Source: a virus. Taken from it: DNA of 64,000 nucleotides. Positions 8,208 through 17,593 of this stretch are shown here, piece by piece (the first letter of the stretch is position 1; each line of letters starts with the position of its first letter). The stretch covers positions 1-64,000 of IMG/VR virus record IMGVR_UViG_3300017766_005733; one strand, given 5' to 3'. Below the pieces are notes generated by a model that did not search any database, was not told the origin of the DNA, and worked only from the letters and a program-made list of their open reading frames with translations. Position numbers and translations under genes: made by a program.

Positions 8208-8446
8208 TCCCGTTTCTTCGACGCCTTGACAGAAATGTAGGTTCCGATGATGCCTCCGACGATTCCCGTGAGGAGGTAGGCGCTGTCTTCGACGTAGGAC
8301 ATCGTCAGGATGCCGCCCATCAAGATAATGACACCGCTAGAAAGAGCCGAAGCGATCTCTCTCTTTTGTGCGGTAGAAACGATGTATATTGCCCAGACGG
8401 CATTGATAAAAACAGCGATGGTAAAGACAAAAAGATGCTTGCCCAC
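8180..8446 (-). CDS. Small membrane protein (about 3 TM helices)
   Basis: GAGG SD; three hydrophobic stretches; locally AT-richer sequence. Confidence 0.6.
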   Translation of the reverse strand: MGKHLFVFTIAVFINAVWAIYIVSTAQKREIASALSSGVIILMGGILTMSYVEDSAYLLTGIVGGIIGTYISVKASKKRDQSRPPSQV

Positions 8447-8484
8447 AAAGCTACCTCGACTTTACGGCCTGTAGCACCGTGATG

Positions 8485-8703
8485 TCAGATGCGACCGACC
8501 CACTCACGGGCCTCAGCGGTCGTGTAGCAGCTGCCACGCTTATCCCAGTAGTCATCGTTCCACGACGTCTTGCGGATAAGTTCCCAGAGGGTGAAGGAGC
8601 CGCCGAGGCTGAAGCGGATGGCGATGCGTCGACGTCCATCATCAAGGCAATGGTGGGTCTCGACGGCGTCGAAGACCATATCCCTCATCTCGTCGTCACT
8701 CAT
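8485..8703 (-). CDS. Hypothetical protein (MSDDEMRD...)
   Basis: ATG at 8703 overlaps the end of the upstream holin-like gene. Confidence 0.5.
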   Translation of the reverse strand: MSDDEMRDMVFDAVETHHCLDDGRRRIAIRFSLGGSFTLWELIRKTSWNDDYWDKRGSCYTTAEAREWVGRI

Positions 8704-8938
8704 CGGCCGCCGCCGCCTTCGGCTGCCTTCGCACAACGTACTTGGCGCCGACGTTGGAGCCGCTGTAGATGGCAAGAGCCCCCAGCTGGCCGCCCACGAA
8801 CACCTCGTAGTTGGCGCTGAAGGCCGGGTACTTGGCGGCAAGGACGGCGCCGACGAGGATGAGCAGCGCAGTGCCGGCGGCGAACCACATCTTCCGGCTC
8901 TTGATGCCGCCGTCAAACAGAGATTCCTTGCGGGTCAT
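8696..8938 (-). CDS. Putative holin (2 TM)
   Basis: 80 aa; SRK.W then two hydrophobic helices; Y.G.NV.K tail typical of small phage holins. Confidence 0.6.
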   Translation of the reverse strand: MTRKESLFDGGIKSRKMWFAAGTALLILVGAVLAAKYPAFSANYEVFVGGQLGALAIYSGSNVGAKYVVRRQPKAAAADE

Positions 8939-8947
8939 GGCGGCCTC

Positions 8948-9355
8948 TTACTGGTGAAGGGCTTGCCAGATGGCGTCGCCGAACTTCGATGACAGGGTGC
9001 CGGCGGCGCCACCGACGACAAAGACGATGCCGCCGATGACCTTGCGCTTGAAGGCGGCGATGGCGTGGTCGCTTTCCTGCTTGACCTTTTCCAACTCGGC
9101 CACGCGCGTGGCCACCGCCCGCAGACCCTGATCGACGCCAGCGAAGCCATCGCGGGTCTTGTCGCCAAGTGACGCCACCATCGCCTTCAACTGCTGCAGG
9201 TCGCGGTAGGATTCCTCCTGCGACTCCTGCACATGCTGCATGTCGCCCTGCAGACGCGAGAGGATGGCTTGCGTCTCGACTCCCTGCGACTCCAGACTCT
9301 GGATGCGCGTCTCATGGGCTTCAAGGAAGGAGGCGGCGGTGACGGTAGGGGGCAT
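8948..9355 (-). CDS. Coiled-coil protein with C-terminal TM helix (lysis-associated candidate)
   Basis: Heptad-rich body and VIGGIVFVVGGAAG tail; AAGGA SD; adjacent to the holin candidate. Confidence 0.6.
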   Translation of the reverse strand: MPPTVTAASFLEAHETRIQSLESQGVETQAILSRLQGDMQHVQESQEESYRDLQQLKAMVASLGDKTRDGFAGVDQGLRAVATRVAELEKVKQESDHAIAAFKRKVIGGIVFVVGGAAGTLSSKFGDAIWQALHQ

Positions 9356-9406
9356 CGGCGAGTCCTTCAGTAGATGGGGGCTGCCGAAAGATTCTTTCAG
9401 GAGAAA

Positions 9407-10174
9407 CTACAATACGCGCCCTAAAACAGTATTGAGGGTCTTCCGCAGATCCTGCAGGCTACCAGTGTTGTTGATGACGGCGCCGTTGCGGGCACAGAAC
9501 GCCAGCATCTCCGGCGTCTGCTGATCCCTCTCAGAGGCATGGCTGGGGGTGGTCGAGACGAGGTTGGGGCGACGGATGAGAAGAGGGAAGCCGCCCGACT
9601 TCTCAGCTTCGTTGAAGAAGCGAGCGTCTGAAAGCACGACGACGTTGGCGGGCGAAGTCGCGACGCTGCGCTTCAGGCAATCGATCCAGACATCTGCGTC
9701 AAGGGACCTGCCCCACTCAGTGCCGAGGGTCTGCAGGGCGCGGCGAGCGCTGAGCCCGTGCCGGCGCTGCAGTTGCCGTCGGCGATTGATGACTTCCCAG
9801 TGCCACGGCGACTCCGCCATCAAGTTATTGAACCAGTCATCGAGGGCCCTGCGGGCTCGCAGCCAGAACTCGGGCGTGGCATCGGGCCAGCATTCGTCGA
9901 TGAAGTTGTTGCCCATCACCCTCAGGTAATCGCGGGCACCATCCCACGCCTGCAGGTTCTTGTAGAGTTCCATCTCCTCTTCCCGCGCCGCCGACGGCCC
10001 ATAGACGTTCTCTTGGCTGAAGCCAAAGAGGCTGCGGCAGAAGGACTTGATGGGGGTGGCGAAGGCGGCTTCGGTGGCCACTAGCCCGCGCTCGCTCGCG
10101 ATTTCAGCGATGATGGTGGCGGCAGTCGACTTCCCGGATCCGGCGAGGCCGATGGGGACGATGAGCAATGGCAT
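9407..10174 (-). CDS. Deoxynucleoside monophosphate kinase (T4 gp1-like)
   Basis: GLAGSGKST P-loop, AFATPIK, RRALQTLGTEWGR and SDARFFNE motifs; AAGGAG SD before the ATG at 10174. Confidence 0.9.
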   Translation of the reverse strand: MPLLIVPIGLAGSGKSTAATIIAEIASERGLVATEAAFATPIKSFCRSLFGFSQENVYGPSAAREEEMELYKNLQAWDGARDYLRVMGNNFIDECWPDATPEFWLRARRALDDWFNNLMAESPWHWEVINRRRQLQRRHGLSARRALQTLGTEWGRSLDADVWIDCLKRSVATSPANVVVLSDARFFNEAEKSGGFPLLIRRPNLVSTTPSHASERDQQTPEMLAFCARNGAVINNTGSLQDLRKTLNTVLGRVL

Positions 10175-10204
10175 GATGGTCTCCTTGCCTCTGAGCATAG
10201 CAGC

Positions 10205-10233
10205 TTGACAAGCGCCATCAAGCCCCATATCGT
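10205..10233 (+). promoter_or_regulatory. Sigma70-type promoter (leadered)
   Basis: TTGACA-17nt-TATCGT; GGAGG SD before the ATG at 10255. Confidence 0.7.
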
Positions 10234-10254
10234 CTGCGACATCGGAGGCCACAT

Positions 10255-10452
10255 ATGCCGACTCGCGGAATGATTCTCGTGTTTCAGACTCAGGGCGACG
10301 AAGACGTACGGGTGAGCAGCTACCGCATCAGCCACGGCTGGCGCCCTGAGGCCGCCCTCAAGGACGTGGTGGATGAACAGGGCCTTGACCCCAAGACCCT
10401 GCGGGCAGTTATCCTCAGGAACTTTGAGCCGCCCTTCTATCTTGACTTCTGA
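10255..10452 (+). CDS. Small hypothetical protein
   Basis: Own promoter and SD; ends at the hairpin terminator. Confidence 0.6.
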   Translation: MPTRGMILVFQTQGDEDVRVSSYRISHGWRPEAALKDVVDEQGLDPKTLRAVILRNFEPPFYLDF

Positions 10453-10484
10453 AAAAGAAACGGGGGCCAGTTGGCCCCCGCTTC
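10452..10484 (-). terminator. Intrinsic terminator after the tail tube gene
   Basis: CGGGGGCCA/TGGCCCCCG stem with a TTTCTTTTT tract on the minus strand. Confidence 0.75.
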
Positions 10485-10504
10485 GTTGCGACTCTGCTGT
10501 TGCC

Positions 10505-10981
10505 TCACGGCATCTGCGAAGCCGTACCGTCCTCGTTGTAGGCGTTCGATCCCGACTCGTCGCTGCAGAGGATGCCCATGAAGCTGAAGGACTGCTCCGT
10601 CAGCTGGCGGCTGGCGATCGGCGTCTGGTAGCTGGTGGGGCGCACGTTCTCGATCTTGGCGATCGCGACGCCCGTCTGCCGGTCGATGATGGTCATCGAC
10701 AGGTACTCGTGCGTCATCAGCTTGTCGAGGGTCGGGAAGAGACCCTGAACGTGCGGGCCCTGATTGACGATACGCCAGCCGCTGGCGCTGATGGCCACCG
10801 GCTCCTGAGCCGTGTAGTCGATCTCGCGCGGCGCGTAGGCGCCGAGGGTGTAGGCGGGCGTGGCGTCATAGACGACGCCGTAGCTGATGGAGGTGAAGAT
10901 GCCAACGGTCACCTTCTCACCAGCCGGGCCGACGATCTCGACCTTCGCCCGCGCACCAGTAACGATCTTCGGAGGTGCCAT
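10505..10981 (-). CDS. Tail tube protein
   Basis: 158 aa beta-rich protein directly downstream of the sheath; TGARA...G...P.E pattern. Confidence 0.8.
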   Translation of the reverse strand: MAPPKIVTGARAKVEIVGPAGEKVTVGIFTSISYGVVYDATPAYTLGAYAPREIDYTAQEPVAISASGWRIVNQGPHVQGLFPTLDKLMTHEYLSMTIIDRQTGVAIAKIENVRPTSYQTPIASRQLTEQSFSFMGILCSDESGSNAYNEDGTASQMP

Positions 10982-11025
10982 GTTGATTCTCCCTTAGTCT
11001 TGAATGCGTTCAGAGTTCAAAGGCC

Positions 11026-13575
11026 TCAGGCCGACTGCTGGACCTGCGAGACCACGAAGCTGATGGGGATGAAGTAGATGGCGCCCGCCAGCTTGATCTC
11101 AAGGCTCACAAGCATCACGGGACCAGCAATCTGCACCACCGCATTCTTGTAGCCCTTCGGCGCGTCGTCGCTGGCCGCAATCAGCTTGAGGCGAGCGAAG
11201 TCGGTCATGATGCTGTCGAGCGTCGCCTTGGCGATGGCCGCCGAGACATCCGCAACCGACTGACCGAGGAACGTGAGTTCCATGCGCTGAGCCGTCGACA
11301 GCGCCACGAGGTCGGCGGCATACGTCGCCTGAATGCTGTTGTAGACGAAGTTGCCGTCGCGGCTGTAGGTCGTCTGGTCGCTGACCCACGCAAAGCCACC
11401 CGTGGTCTTGCGGGCGATGAGCAACAGACCCGCGAGCAGGGCCTGCTCGACCTGCGTCATGTCGCGGTCATCGAAGTCACGCGCCGCCTGCAGCACGCCG
11501 CTGCAGTTCACGCCCTTGTTCACGAGCGCCCGGTAGAAGCCGGCGGCCTGCATGCCCGCCGCCAGAACCGAGGCCATCCACGGCTGGTACTGGGTGATGA
11601 CGCCGCTGCCCGAGACCAGCTTGACGTCTTGGAACGACAGCGAGCAGCGGTAGGCGGCGAGGTTCGCGGCAGCTTCCTTCGCGAGGGCGAAGGTCGTGCG
11701 CTTGCTCAAGAACGCCTGACGGTGCTTGCGGCGCTTCAGCGTCGACATCTTGTTGACGTGGGTCTTCAGCGCGGCGTTGATGCCGTCGATCGTGTAGGTC
11801 GACGACGACTCCGTGAGGTTGTCGGTGATGTCGGCACCCACGGCATCGCGGCTGAAGAGGGGAACGATGAAGTTCGTCGACACCCGCTCCAGCGCATCGA
11901 TGGCCGCCGTCACGTTCGCCGCCGTCGTGCCGCCCTTGGCGCCACCAGCGAGGAAGCCAGCGGCCTGCGTCGCCGGCAGACCCGCGCCCGCGCGCACAAC
12001 CGTGCCGCTGACGTTCTGCAGCTGCACCAGCGCCGACTCCTCGTTGATCTTCTTGAAGAACTTGTAGGCGTCGGCCTTGATGCGACCATTCTTGGCGCCG
12101 AACGACGTGCAGATGCCCATCGCCGACACCTGATCGAGCGCCGTCGACGGCAGCTGACCGATGACAGCCGACTCAACGGCAGCCGTGTAGCCCGTCTGCG
12201 TGCTGATGTAGGCAGCGAGGTCGGCGACCGTCGAGAAGTCGGCGAGGGTGATGGTGAGGTTGGAGCCCGAACCGCCGGCGACCGTGGTCGTCAGGACGCC
12301 CGCCGACGAGATCGTCAGCGTTCCCGTGGTGCCGCTGTAGCCGATGTTCAGGGCCACTTCGCCACCAGCCACGAGGTCTTCCGAGACGCCATCAGCCTGA
12401 CGGCTCAGCGACAGCTGGGCGATGTACTCGGCCGTGGAGTTGATCTTCGTCGGCGAAGCCGACTTGGAGATCCAAGTGACCGCCGCACCCGCCAGCGTCA
12501 GGGCCGCGCGCTCCAACAGGTCCGTGCCCGTGGTCAGCTGAGCGATCTCAAGCGTCTTGCCGATGCCGTCGCTGGGGTTGCCGGCCTCAAGGGTGATAAC
12601 AACCGGCGAGTAGACGACGAGGTTGTTGGCCGGCGTACCGCCGACGGCAACCGAGGTGACGGCAACCGGCGCCACGGGCGCACCGACGACGGCACCAGTC
12701 TGATTGGCGTCAGACTTCTTCGTGGCCGTGATCGTCGTCGGCGTGACGCCAGTGATAACGTAGGCGCCGACGTTGTCAGCGCCCGGAGGGTTTGCACCTG
12801 CGCCCGGTCCCGCACCCGCAAGCACCGAGGTCGAACCAATGACCAGCGTGTCGCCGGCAACCGGGGTCGCGCCCCAAGCACCGCCAATGGTGGTGATGGT
12901 GATGTCGAAGCCCGACACCGTCGCCGAGAGGTTACCCGTGGTCGGATGAGCAACGCGGTTGACCCCGCCCGTAGCCGCAACACCCGAGAGGAGATCGACG
13001 GTCGACACGAAGGTGTCGGGCATCATGGCCGCGGTCACGGCCACAGGAAGCGCGGCGCCACCGTTGACGCGGCACTCAAAGTTGACCGAGCCCACCGGCG
13101 GGATGTAGGCGAACGAGCCAGTCGTCGGCAGGCTCTCGGCCTGCGACGCCAGCAGCTGGCTCTGGATGAGGTTGCCGAGGCGGCCGTACGACTTGTCACC
13201 GAGGACGCCGTAGGTCGTGGCACCGAAGTTCACGAGGTTGCGCGTGGCCTTCGTCGAGACGTTGGTCTTGACGATGATGACGCGCGACGGCCCGCCGCTG
13301 ATGTTGACATCGTTGGCCGGCGAGGCGATGGCGCGGAAGGCCTCAACGAGGTTGCCGCTGCGGTACTTGGCGACAACGGCCGCCACCTGATCGACACCGA
13401 AGGCATTCGCCTCCAGATCGTCTTCCAGCGAGCGGTCGGGGCCCGCGTCGGCTTCACCGACGAGGGTCACGATGCCATTCGCCGAAAGGCCACCGGCCTC
13501 GGCCGCGACCTTGACCGACGGGTAGGCGCCGGGGATGATGAGGGTGCCTTCGGTGGTGGTGTAGGAAAGAGCCAT
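11026..13575 (-). CDS. Contractile tail sheath protein
   Basis: 849 aa; IIPGAY N-terminus, LVGEADAGP, LAGGAKG, C-terminal AIYFIPI; A/G/T/V-rich inserted domains. Confidence 0.9.
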   Translation of the reverse strand: MALSYTTTEGTLIIPGAYPSVKVAAEAGGLSANGIVTLVGEADAGPDRSLEDDLEANAFGVDQVAAVVAKYRSGNLVEAFRAIASPANDVNISGGPSRVIIVKTNVSTKATRNLVNFGATTYGVLGDKSYGRLGNLIQSQLLASQAESLPTTGSFAYIPPVGSVNFECRVNGGAALPVAVTAAMMPDTFVSTVDLLSGVAATGGVNRVAHPTTGNLSATVSGFDITITTIGGAWGATPVAGDTLVIGSTSVLAGAGPGAGANPPGADNVGAYVITGVTPTTITATKKSDANQTGAVVGAPVAPVAVTSVAVGGTPANNLVVYSPVVITLEAGNPSDGIGKTLEIAQLTTGTDLLERAALTLAGAAVTWISKSASPTKINSTAEYIAQLSLSRQADGVSEDLVAGGEVALNIGYSGTTGTLTISSAGVLTTTVAGGSGSNLTITLADFSTVADLAAYISTQTGYTAAVESAVIGQLPSTALDQVSAMGICTSFGAKNGRIKADAYKFFKKINEESALVQLQNVSGTVVRAGAGLPATQAAGFLAGGAKGGTTAANVTAAIDALERVSTNFIVPLFSRDAVGADITDNLTESSSTYTIDGINAALKTHVNKMSTLKRRKHRQAFLSKRTTFALAKEAAANLAAYRCSLSFQDVKLVSGSGVITQYQPWMASVLAAGMQAAGFYRALVNKGVNCSGVLQAARDFDDRDMTQVEQALLAGLLLIARKTTGGFAWVSDQTTYSRDGNFVYNSIQATYAADLVALSTAQRMELTFLGQSVADVSAAIAKATLDSIMTDFARLKLIAASDDAPKGYKNAVVQIAGPVMLVSLEIKLAGAIYFIPISFVVSQVQQSA

Positions 13576-13613
13576 TGTCTTTTGCCCCTTGCAGAGACTG
13601 TTTTACGGGTCCG

Positions 13614-13621
13614 AAGATTCA
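13614..13621 (-). promoter_or_regulatory. Putative late-promoter box (TGAATCTT) upstream of the sheath gene; representative of at least 9 copies
   Basis: AATCTT on the coding strand 20-40 nt upstream of the starts at 9355, 13575, 15651, 29839, 32569, 36495, 44322, 59128 and 63342. Confidence 0.7.
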
Positions 13622-13632
13622 GTCACTCTCGA

Positions 13633-15651
13633 TCACTTACCGCGCCCCGGAATCATGGGCTTGACGCCCATGCTCTTGGGCTTTGGCTGACGAGCCAACT
13701 CCAAGCCACTGGGGGCCAGACCGTGCGAGGGCTTGAGTGCCCCGCCGGCCGCTCCCTGATTACGCGCCTCGCCGGCAACCGACGCCGGCGTGAAGGCGGC
13801 CATCTCGGCGGCACGACGCGCATGATCCTCAGGCGTCATGGCCGCAGAAGCCTTGCGGCCCGGAATCTGGGGCGCCTTGGTGGCCTTGAAGGCGTCGCTG
13901 GTCATGCCCTGCGACATCGGATCCTTGCCGCCGAGGCGCGGACCCGCCTTCTCCATCTTCTCTTCACCCTTGGCGACGCCGGGGATGAGCGAGAGGGGGC
14001 CGGCGTGCGGCTGCGCGTCCTTGGTGACGATCATGTGGCTCCAGCCCTTGTCGCTGGGCACGAACTTGTGCTGAGCCCCAGACTCGTCTTGGATGGTGGC
14101 GTGCTGCGGCCCGACATCCAGCACCTTCGCCTTGAGCACCGTGCCGGGGGCATTGCCGAGACCGGCGCGGGCTTCGGGCGAGTGCCATTCCTTGGTGCCG
14201 TAGGCCGAGTCCTGACGCAGACCGACGTCCTGCCCAGCAGCAAGATCCATCTTCACCGGCTGCTGGGCGTTGGGGTTGGCGCCAGCAGGCATACCCGAAG
14301 GGCCGGGGGCCTGCGAGGCGACGCTGGAGCGAGCAGCAAAGGCGCCGACGCCCGGCAGCTTGATGTAGGCCTTCTGCTTCTCAGGCGACAGGGCGGCGTG
14401 CTCTTTGAAGCCGATCATCTCGGGATCAGCAGCCTTCGCCAGCTTCTTCTCGGCCTTCATGGCCGGAGCCTTCATCGACGGGGCCTTGGTGGTGGAGGAC
14501 GACGCGGGGGCGGCCGTGGGCGCCTTCGCCGGAGCGCCCTTCGGCGCCGCCGTCGGGCTCTTGCCGCTGGGCGGCTTGGCCATGGACACCGACATCGCGG
14601 CCTTGGCCATGGGCTTCTCGCCCAGAGCCTTGACGCCAACGGCGTTCATCAGCGCACGCTTGCCGCCGATGCCCTTGGCGTCATCCACGATCCGCATGTG
14701 GACGTGCGCGGCGCCACCGACCTTCGACTGGTCGGCTGCGCGCACGAACGAGCCCTTGTCCTCGGGCGCGTGCATGTAGGGGTTGTAGATCACGGGCTCG
14801 CCGGCGTCAGCGTGGGCCTGAGCGTTGACGGTGCCAATGACGAAGGCATGGACGTTCTTCTTCTTCTCCTTGATCACCCGCTGCCGACCGCCTTCGCGGA
14901 CATGCAGCTTCACGTCATCAAGGTGGACCTCAGGAACGTGGGCAATGACCTTGCCGTCCTTCCAGAGGCTGAAGAGACCGTTGTGGAGATTGCGGTAAAC
15001 ATGGACACGCTGGCCGTGCAACGTCTCCATCGGCACAGAGCGGACATCGCTCTTCGCCTTGTGAAGGGGCTCAGGAACTGCGGCGCCCCAGTCAAAAGAG
15101 TCCTTTTCGGACTTGTTCACCGTCGCCCAAGCCAGCGACTCGGCTTCCTTCGGCGAACGGCCCTTGGACTCGTACGACTCCTTGATGTGGGCAGCCTGAC
15201 GCTTTTCCTTCTCGGTGTGCGCGCCCGGCTTGGCCAGCTTCTCGGCCTTCTTCGTCTCCGACATCGCGGCCTTGCGGATCTTCTCCAGCTGGCCGCCGCT
15301 GCCCGTCTTCTTGTCGGTCAGGTCCTTCGACTTCTTGTCGTTGGGCAGCACCGAGTCGTCATGAGCGGCATCGGGAGCCGCCTTCTGGTCAGGTACCGTC
15401 TTGCGGTCCTTCAGGGGCGCCGGGTTCATCTTCGGCTCCTCCTTCTTGACCTCGGGCTTGCCGGCAGCCATCTCGCCGCACTTCTCCAGCGGCTTGTGCA
15501 TGTCGCCGCACTTCTGGCAGGCTTCGGCCTTGCGGAGTTCGCGCTCACGCAGGTCTCGATAATGCGCCTCCAGATCGCCGATGGTGCCCTTCAGCAGCGG
15601 CATCAGTCCCTGACGCAGCTTGTCGGCGAGATCCTTGGGGGTCGTGGTCAT
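13633..15651 (-). CDS. Multi-module, Lys/Ala/Pro-rich probable internal head polyprotein
   Basis: About 10 x-K-[A/S/G] linkers; KRQAAHIKESY...AWATVNK module; VYRNLH...KKNVHAFVIG module. Confidence 0.75.
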   Translation of the reverse strand: MTTTPKDLADKLRQGLMPLLKGTIGDLEAHYRDLRERELRKAEACQKCGDMHKPLEKCGEMAAGKPEVKKEEPKMNPAPLKDRKTVPDQKAAPDAAHDDSVLPNDKKSKDLTDKKTGSGGQLEKIRKAAMSETKKAEKLAKPGAHTEKEKRQAAHIKESYESKGRSPKEAESLAWATVNKSEKDSFDWGAAVPEPLHKAKSDVRSVPMETLHGQRVHVYRNLHNGLFSLWKDGKVIAHVPEVHLDDVKLHVREGGRQRVIKEKKKNVHAFVIGTVNAQAHADAGEPVIYNPYMHAPEDKGSFVRAADQSKVGGAAHVHMRIVDDAKGIGGKRALMNAVGVKALGEKPMAKAAMSVSMAKPPSGKSPTAAPKGAPAKAPTAAPASSSTTKAPSMKAPAMKAEKKLAKAADPEMIGFKEHAALSPEKQKAYIKLPGVGAFAARSSVASQAPGPSGMPAGANPNAQQPVKMDLAAGQDVGLRQDSAYGTKEWHSPEARAGLGNAPGTVLKAKVLDVGPQHATIQDESGAQHKFVPSDKGWSHMIVTKDAQPHAGPLSLIPGVAKGEEKMEKAGPRLGGKDPMSQGMTSDAFKATKAPQIPGRKASAAMTPEDHARRAAEMAAFTPASVAGEARNQGAAGGALKPSHGLAPSGLELARQPKPKSMGVKPMIPGRGK

Positions 15652-15695
15652 TGCGCTACCTCTCCAGAAGCGAGTTGGGGCAAAGATTCAGCATC

Positions 15696-16268
15696 CTACA
15701 GCGCCATCGCCTGTTCGATGGTCACCATCGGATCCGAAGGCGTTGCCGTGGCATCAAAAGACACGGCAAGAACCTCGGCGGCGGTGGTAGCAGCCAAAAC
15801 CTGATCGCGCAAGGGGTAGAAGAGGGAGATGACGCCCTTGACCCAGCTGATGGCCTGTCCCGCGTAGGCAAGGCGCGTAGTGTTTCCGGTGACCGAGGCC
15901 TCCATCATCAACGCCATCAGCGCCTGCTGAGCCGGGGCGTCGTAGTGGCTGGAGATGAAGGCGTCGACGGCGTCGCGCAGGGCCTTGATGTGCTGAGCCT
16001 TGACGTTCGTCAGATCCGGCACGCCGATGCCCGATGCCGGCCCGCCAAACTTGACGGCCGTAAAGCGAGCGCCCTCGACATGAGAGTCAAGGTTCAGGGG
16101 GCTGCAGGTGCAGAAGGTGTAGGGCTCGCGACCGTCGTCAGAGACGGCTGCCGCCGGAACATCCCGGCGGCAGTTGATGCAGCTGACGTCGCGGCTCGTC
16201 TCGCCGTCGCCCCAGTCAATGCGATTCGCGAAGCCACAGTTGGGGCAAGCAAAGTGCTCGATAAACAT
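15696..16268 (-). CDS. Hypothetical protein with N-terminal CxxC zinc ribbon; possible fibre-associated protein
   Basis: CPNC, CINC and CTC motifs; helical C-terminus; GGAG SD. Confidence 0.65.
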   Translation of the reverse strand: MFIEHFACPNCGFANRIDWGDGETSRDVSCINCRRDVPAAAVSDDGREPYTFCTCSPLNLDSHVEGARFTAVKFGGPASGIGVPDLTNVKAQHIKALRDAVDAFISSHYDAPAQQALMALMMEASVTGNTTRLAYAGQAISWVKGVISLFYPLRDQVLAATTAAEVLAVSFDATATPSDPMVTIEQAMAL

Positions 16269-16279
16269 GACGACTCCAG

Positions 16280-17578
16280 TCAGCCGATGAAGGTGTAAGA
16301 GGTCTCTCCGCCAGTCACCGCCGGCGGAGGCTCACTCCAAAGCACAAGGTCGATTTGCCACGCGCCAAAGGCCGTGGCATTCTCTTGAATCAGAGCCAGC
16401 GCCTCACCGGGATCGATGATCGGGGCCTTGTCGTACGACCACTCCCAGCCACGCTGCGTTGCGCAACCGAAGTTTGGCGTATTACCCATCGTGAAACCGA
16501 CGGAAGAATCATAGCCCTGAAATGTTAGACGCCGACCAAGGTTACCGATACGGCGAACGATGCCTTGGTTTGTTTGAGGGTATCCTAAATCGCCTTCCGG
16601 ACTCAGTCCGTTGACTGCTAAGCTAGCAGTCAACGGAGCCCAATGACGCGATACTTTCGCTTGCAGCTGCGTTGGCTGGGTAACGGAAGAATCAGCCGCA
16701 GCCAGAGAAATCGCTTCACCGCCGCCAACGCCACCGATCTTGCAGAGGCGCAGCATCGGCTGATCGACCAAGGCCGTTACAGTAGTGTTGGGACCGGCGT
16801 AGGTGATCTCGATGGATTCAATGACGATGGTCGTGCCCGGCTCGTCGTTCTTGATGACGAAGGGGGCGATGTAGGTCTTGTACTCATCGACGGTGTTGGG
16901 GGTCGCAACACCGCTGCCGCCCAACACGAAGTCGAAGCACATGAGATATGAGTTGACGCCGATGTCGATGACGACGTTGGCATTCCAGACGCCGGCAGGC
17001 GAATGCGCCGAAGCGTCGGCCTCCGACAGGACGACAGCAAAGCCTTGACCGGTGCTGATGCTGAATGGCTGGATGTCCGAGATGCGTTTCCGGTAGTCGA
17101 TGAGCATCGACGTAGATGTGCCATTGGATGACAGCGGGCCGGGCGATAGCAGGGTCAGGTTGTTGACGCCATAGGGCGTCATCAACCGTCGACTCCCCTG
17201 AAAAGACGAGAACCCCGAAAGGTAATCGGGAATGCCATCAACGCCGTTGAAGATGTTCTGAGGGTCATCGCTACCGGCAGAAATCAGCGCCATCGTCTTG
17301 ATTTTGACGCCCGCCGGCAAATCTGCCTCTGCCGTATCTGGCTTGACGACAGGAACATTGTAGCCACCTTCAGCAAAACCCAAGTAGCGGCCGAAGGCGA
17401 ACTTGGCGGGGACGGCGGCTGCGGAAGCCGAAGTCCGCACCGGAGACACATTCAGACTCTTCAAGCGAAAGCGTCGGCGGCCGTCTTCGATGGTTGTGTC
17501 AGTGACATTGGAAATGGAGAGCAGGGCGTCGTCGCGCCCCGCCACCACCATCCCCGAGTAGTAGAAGGTATCGGCCAC
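16280..17578 (-). CDS. Putative virion/fibre-associated beta-rich protein
   Basis: 432 aa, GTG start; MADTF N-terminus and G....PV..DT motif resemble the two upstream paralogs. Confidence 0.7.
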   Translation of the reverse strand: MADTFYYSGMVVAGRDDALLSISNVTDTTIEDGRRRFRLKSLNVSPVRTSASAAAVPAKFAFGRYLGFAEGGYNVPVVKPDTAEADLPAGVKIKTMALISAGSDDPQNIFNGVDGIPDYLSGFSSFQGSRRLMTPYGVNNLTLLSPGPLSSNGTSTSMLIDYRKRISDIQPFSISTGQGFAVVLSEADASAHSPAGVWNANVVIDIGVNSYLMCFDFVLGGSGVATPNTVDEYKTYIAPFVIKNDEPGTTIVIESIEITYAGPNTTVTALVDQPMLRLCKIGGVGGGEAISLAAADSSVTQPTQLQAKVSRHWAPLTASLAVNGLSPEGDLGYPQTNQGIVRRIGNLGRRLTFQGYDSSVGFTMGNTPNFGCATQRGWEWSYDKAPIIDPGEALALIQENATAFGAWQIDLVLWSEPPPAVTGGETSYTFIG

Positions 17579-17593
17579 GAAGCCCCCTAGCCC

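Noticed and set aside
8226-8260. TTGACA at 8226 (and at 483) as additional early promoters
   Set aside because: No TAnnnT at 16-18 nt spacing; the 8226 copy lies within a minus-strand gene.
11629-15804. Very long plus-strand ORF (1391 aa), and similar ones at 35200-38067, 40566-42503, 49783-51642, 21871-23703 and 25756-27609
   Set aside because: These are antisense shadows of strongly codon-biased, high-GC minus-strand genes; they are Arg/Gly/Val-rich and carry no motifs.
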